From Eledone cirrhosa (Eukaryota), in NCBI GenBank assembly GCA_964016885.1, contig OZ024744.1, positions 48,918,001 through 48,982,000 of the forward strand: DNA of 64,000 nt, in the 5' to 3' direction. The stretch's first letter is position 1; each line of letters starts with the position of its first letter. Position numbers and translations under genes: made by a program. Positions 56,520-64,000 of the stretch are shown one piece after another. A model generated the notes under the pieces. That model saw only the letters and a program-made list of their open reading frames with translations. It was not told the DNA's origin and ran no database searches.

Positions 56520-56812
56520 TGTGGCAGAAAACGGACAGCTGATGGTCAGATGTATCATACATGTTGGTCAAATTTATTATGACGTAGGAAAACAGCGGCT
56601 AATAGCAGGACGTGCGAAGAGGATGTTTTTGACGCTAACACCCCAGTGAGAGAATTTGCTCGGAAATTATCAGACGTGCCCGTCGAACCTGCGGATCCAG
56701 AATCAGACAGATCCACACAATGATCGTATCTCGAGCTGTCCGCCGGCGAAACAATTGTAACACACAATAAATTTGAGTCCAGATGCATCACTGATTTTTC
56801 GTTTTATATTAT
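56520..56812 (+). mobile_element. Family H pLTR with HHR 3' half (GAAAC-AATT-GTA)
   Basis: GAAACAATTGTAACAC at 56748. Matches 51700-51852 (inverted) and the fold-back pair at about 25988-26075 and 26160-26245 (GAAAC-ATAT-GTA). Confidence 0.65.
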
Positions 56813-56887
56813 ATCGCACTCTGCTCTGTAAGAACGTAGAGTGCTCAACCAGCATACCGCCTATGGAAGCATCTTAGCTACCATCAG

Positions 56888-56953
<66 letters not shown>

Positions 56954-57345
56954 AATGTTGTCTCTGATTGAGACGAAGTATCAGTGTATTTGAATTCATA
57001 TAAAATGAGAAAACTCATCACTAGAACAACTGTTAAAAACAGCCAAATGTTGTCAAAGACAGCGATGAGAAAAAATGCCTCAGAGGACAGAGACTAGCAG
57101 TCAGTGGTCGGCAGGGAGACAACCCACGAGATGGGTGACAAATATAGAAAAAATTGAAATAGGAGAGTGTGTTGGTGCACAGAAGTGACTGGAAGAAGAA
57201 AACAAAGAAAGGTGATGTACAAGACAAGTTTACATACACACCTTCACCCTCATCAGCTCTCAAACCAGCAAAATGGTTTCGCACGATTTAATTAAGAATA
57301 CCATTTTAAAATGCTAGATCATGCAACAGAAAAATAAAATGATGA

Positions 57346-58032
57346 AAGAAAAGAAAAGAAAAGAAAAGAAAAGAAAAGAAAAGAAAAGAAAAGAAAAGAA
57401 AAGAAAAGAAAAGAAAAGAAAAGAAAAGAAAAGAAAAGAAAAGAAAAGAAAAGAAAAGAAAAGAAAAGAAAAGAAAAGAAAAGAAAAGAAAAGAAAAGAA
57501 AAGAAAAGAAAAGAAAAGAAAAAGAAAAGAAAAGAAAAGAAAAGAAAAGAAAAGAAAAGAAAAGAAAAGAAAAGAAAAGAAAAGAAAAGAAAAGAAAAGA
57601 AAAGAAAAGAAAAGAAAAGAAAAGAAAAGAAAAGAAAAGAAAAGAAAAGAAAAGAAAAGAAAAGAAAAGAAAAGAAAAGAAAAGAAAAGAAAAGAAAAGA
57701 AAAGAAAAGAAAAGAAAAGAAAAGAAAAGAAAAGAAAAGAAAAGAAAAGAAAAGAAAAGAAAAGAAAAGAAAAGAAAAGAAAAGAAAAGAAAAGAAAAGA
57801 AAAGAAAAGAAAAGAAAAGAAAAGAAAAGAAAAGAAAAGAAAAGAAAAGAAAAGAAAAGAAAAGAAAAGAAAAGAAAAGAAAAGAAAAGAAAAGAAAAGA
57901 AAAGAAAAGAAAAGAAAAGAAAAGAAAAGAAAAGAAAAGAAAAGAAAAGAAAAGAAAAGAAAAGAAAAGAAAAGAAAAGAAAAGAAAAGAAAAGAAAAGA
58001 AAAGAAAAGAAAAGAAAAGAAAAGAAAGAAAA
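57346..58032 (+). repeat. (GAAAA)n pentanucleotide array of about 690 bp
   Basis: Essentially perfect, with one extra A near 57521. Confidence 0.98.
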
Positions 58033-58448
58033 CAATGGGATAGTGGACCTCAAGCTGTGGTGTCTGTCCTAAATAGAAAGCTAATCATAGCTATCATAAA
58101 GTTAAATGAATAAACATTGTTGTCTCTGATCAAGACGAAGCTAGAATGTATTTGAATACATATAAAAATGAAAAAAACTCTTCGCTAGAACAGCTTTAAA
58201 AAATAGCCAAATGCTGTCAAAGGCAGCGATAGGCAAAAATGCTTCAGAGGATATATGTATATTTGACTCGTTCTTCCTCACTTTTCGTTGCTTCACCATC
58301 TTTGTTTGTTTACACTCTCTCTGTTCCCTTTATTTACGTGTCCCAACGACTTTCTTTAGTCGTTGCTCGCACCAACCGGAGGTATATGGTCTTTAAAGCG
58401 AAGAAATACCGATGATGGTCGGAAGATCACTGATGAAGGACCACTTTA

Positions 58449-58513
<65 letters not shown>

Positions 58514-59336
58514 TAGGGTCTGATAAAAAAAACCAGGTAGACCATAACCCATCAGAGTACGCGATACTTGGAGTAGTAGAATATGTAATATGAAAAGATT
58601 CAGGACCCCGACGGGGTAATATGAAAAGATTCAAGAGGAAAAACCAGCCAGGCCTGGTATATAGAGTAAATGTGTACTAGCATATAAACTTATATTAGGC
58701 CAATGCGTAAGCACTATCAAAAACTATAGCGTTAGAATTGTTAAAGAACGCTATTAGCTAACCTTCAATTCTATTGTTTCCTTTTGCTAATGTTTTGTGA
58801 TGGTTTTGATATACATGTTAAAATTAAACTTTGAGGCATTTCTTATATAAAACAGAAATTTACTTTACTATAGAACCTTAGCTAACTTACAATAGTACTA
58901 GAACAGAAATAATTAGTACTATCTTTAAGATTAATGGTAGATTTACTGGTATTTGAAAATAAGTAAATTAGTGAATGAGGCGCTTTTCCCGGGCCATAGA
59001 GCAATTGATAACTAGATTTCTCTATGAGGAGGAAAAATAGTAATAAATCATAAATGCTTAGCTTTTAGCAAACTTGTCCAGAAAAAGCAAATACTCTACA
59101 CCATTCTCTTTGACTTAAATACGCCAAAATTATATTTTCTCTCGTTGGTTTTTTCCTCTTGAATCTAATAAGCACAATAACATTTCTTCAGATTAGAAAT
59201 AGTTGATAAGGATGAATTCTCTCTCGTATGTGCGCGACTGACTGGCTTAACACTTTCAGGCCAGTAAGTCTACTTACCCATTTCCTCTTGCTTTTTGGCA
59301 TGTCTAGCCCGTCGCCGTGAAGTTTGTAATAAATAT

Positions 59337-59641
59337 AATTGTTTCTACTTTTGGGACAAGGCCAGAAATTATCGCAGTACATTTTTATCGACCCCTTAAG
59401 GATGAAAGGCAAAGTGATCCTCGGTGGGATTTGAACTCAGACTATAAAGCGGCGTAACTCTATGCTACAAAGCATGGCGTTCGACCTTCTACCGATACTG
59501 CCAATCCCCCCTTGTAATAAATATAATTGTTTCTACTTTTGGCATAAGGCCATCAATTGTCCCAGTGCATTACTGGTACTTTATTTTATTGACCCCGTAA
59601 GGATGAAAGGCAAAGTTAACCTCAGCGGGATTTGAACTCAG
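59337..59641 (-). mobile_element. Two tandem copies of the same SINE
   Basis: 59337-59510 is full length and 59526-59641 is 5'-truncated. Both are preceded on the + strand by TTGTAATAAATATAATTG. Confidence 0.8.
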
Positions 59642-59872
59642 TAACAGGACTAAACCAGCCATTTGATCTAAGGTAAAACCCCACCCGATCACTGACCACT
59701 CCCGGAGAAAAGAAAAAACTTTTAACATTTTTTGCTTTGACTATCTGCCCATATATGGACTGTACCCTTTCAGAGGTTCAGCTAAATTCCCGGCGTTCGA
59801 ATACTGACACATTAGTTCGGATCTAGCTGTCGAAACGGCCGAAGCTCAGCCGTCGGGGTCCTGAATCTCTTC

Positions 59873-60008
<136 letters not shown>

Positions 60009-60312
60009 TATATATGTATATATATATATATATATATAAATACGGCGTAATTCGGGCTGTTTGTTTGTAAACAAACAAACAGCCCGAATTACGCCGTACA
60101 GTGATTAGGCAACCACGTCACCTTTTTGTTCAACACTGACACAGGAACGATGCACTAGTTTCAAGCTTATTAGCTATCGTCAGCATCGTATACCTTCCTG
60201 CCAGATGGTTGAACGTCTGAAAGTATATACTTTCCTTATGCATATTAACGGCTGAGCAGCCTAATTTGCATATCGAGTGAGTTCAGTCGGCTGGGCGCAC
60301 CGAAAATGATAA

Positions 60313-60795
60313 ATAGAATAGAATGAAACGAAATTTCATTTCTCACTCTTAGTACGGCACTTACTTAAATGTAAGTATGTATGTATACGTACATACATAT
60401 ATGTATACAGACGTACAGTAGTATGTATATATATACATACATGCACACATATATATATGCACGTATCGGTTTACCGAACATTTATTATAATGCTCGGTTT
60501 GTTTGTTTGTAAACAAACAAACAGCCCGAATTACGCCGTACAGTTCAACACTGACACAGGAACGATGTACGACGTAATTCGGGCTGTTTGTTTGTTTACA
60601 AACAAACAAACCGAGCATTATAATAAATGTTCGGTAAACCGATACGTGCATATATATATGTGTGCATGTATGTATATATATACATACTACTGTACGTCTG
60701 TATACATATATGTATGTACGTATACATACATACTTACATTTAAGTAAGTGCCATACTAAGAGTGAGAAATGAAATTTCGTTTCATTCTATTCTAT
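60313..60795. repeat. Long near-perfect inverted repeat (about 230-bp arms, 23-bp spacer)
   Basis: Arms at 60313-60542 and 60566-60795 with two mismatches seen. ORFs 60361..60651(-) and 60457..60747(+) mirror each other. Confidence 0.92.
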
Positions 60796-60798
60796 AAT

Positions 60799-62770
<1,972 letters not shown>

Positions 62771-62825
62771 AGGGTCTTCACCCAGGAACTGGATTCTACC
62801 TAAGTTTCTTGAATTCTTTCGTATA

Positions 62826-63166
62826 TCTATATATCTAAAACAGAGAATGTCTGTCTGTCTGACTCCCTAAAACTCGAGAACCACCTAACCGATTGTTTTC
62901 AAACTTTACACATGTAATACTTATGGTCCTGTGAGTGTTTTGAGAAAAGATATTCAAATTTTTGAATGCCCTATGGACCGCATTAGACGATTTAGCGATC
63001 TATCTCTATAATTCTTAGTCTTTCTTTTTAGATAGATACATAGATATAACGTTGCGCCCTTATAATATCTGTCTGTATGTCTGACACTATGACGTAGCTG
63101 TGTGTGTATATATGTATATATAGTGTGTGTATATATATAATGTGCAACGCCGGGCCATTCTGCTAG
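62826..63166 (+). mobile_element. Short non-autonomous Helitron of the same family
   Basis: A|TCTATATATCTAAAAC... shares internal sequence with 50480-50770 and ends TGCAACGCCGGGCCATTCTGCTAG|T. A lone 3' end also occurs at about 33783-33812 (-). Confidence 0.8.
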
Positions 63167-63172
63167 TATATT

Positions 63173-63286
<114 letters not shown>

Positions 63287-63308
63287 CGCGCGCGTGCGCG
63301 TGTGTCTA

Positions 63309-63344
<36 letters not shown>

Positions 63345-64000
63345 CATATATATATTGTCCTACTTTGGGAGAATCATGCTGCCACTAAAAACATACAGAA
63401 CTGTTGGGTTTCATTTCAATATGTTATTATAATTTCCCAGGCGGTTAGTTTAATAACCATATAGTTGTTCAGTTATTGATTGTCATCAGAGCTCTTTCGT
63501 CACACATTCTGTGACCTGCTCAGTGACTGTTTTTGTTGTTATTTTGTGTCTCTTTTTTGTTCTGTCTTACACCATCTTGTTTTTATGAACTGTTTACTTG
63601 GGCATCAAATGCGTTATATCAGTTTTGTGTGTATTTGTGTGTGTACGTATGTTTGTGTGTGTGTGTACTTTTTATATATTTATTTCCTTAATTATTTATA
63701 CTTTTATTTATTGTCTTTCTTTCCTACTTGTCATTACTTTGGTTACTTGTTCTATCTGTGTATCTAGTTTATCTTAGTTTAGTTCTTGTGTGTCTCTGTA
63801 TTTCTTTATATTGTCCTTAGTTAATACATTGTGAGGTTGTTGCTATTCCACTCTTGCTTTCTATTTAGTTTTGCTTGGAGTTCATTTAGGTTTGTTGCTT
63901 CAGTAATCTATTGGATATTGTGTTTGTTCTGTGTATGGATATAATTTTTATCTCGTTGATCTCTAGTGATCCTCCATGTTCCATTCTGGCGTGTTGGTGG

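Noticed and set aside
57319-58053. KKRKE and FSFLF repeat ORFs
   Set aside because: Translation of (GAAAA)n.

Overview
Eukaryotic, very AT-rich, repeat-saturated DNA with no recognisable host protein-coding gene. The repeat repertoire suggests a cephalopod (Octopus-like) genome; that is my inference. Much of the window is (TA)n/(CA)n-type microsatellite, and nearly all ORFs in the track are artefacts of it. The sequence between microsatellites is mostly transposon-derived. It includes three Penelope-like element (PLE) fragments, an RTE-type RT fragment, CR1-like 3' ends, two mariner copies, non-autonomous Helitrons (including a head-to-tail dimer), tRNA-derived SINEs and a tRNA-Phe pseudogene. 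There are two main signals. First, more than 20 full or partial type I hammerhead ribozyme (HHR) motifs from about eight short families sit in (TA)n tracts, often as fold-back inversions that turn inside the ribozyme. Second, a Naiad-type PLE RT-GIY-YIG frame has its only stop as a TGA exactly at the fourth Cys of a CxCx5Cx5C motif, making it a candidate selenocysteine codon. All folds and alignments were done by eye.
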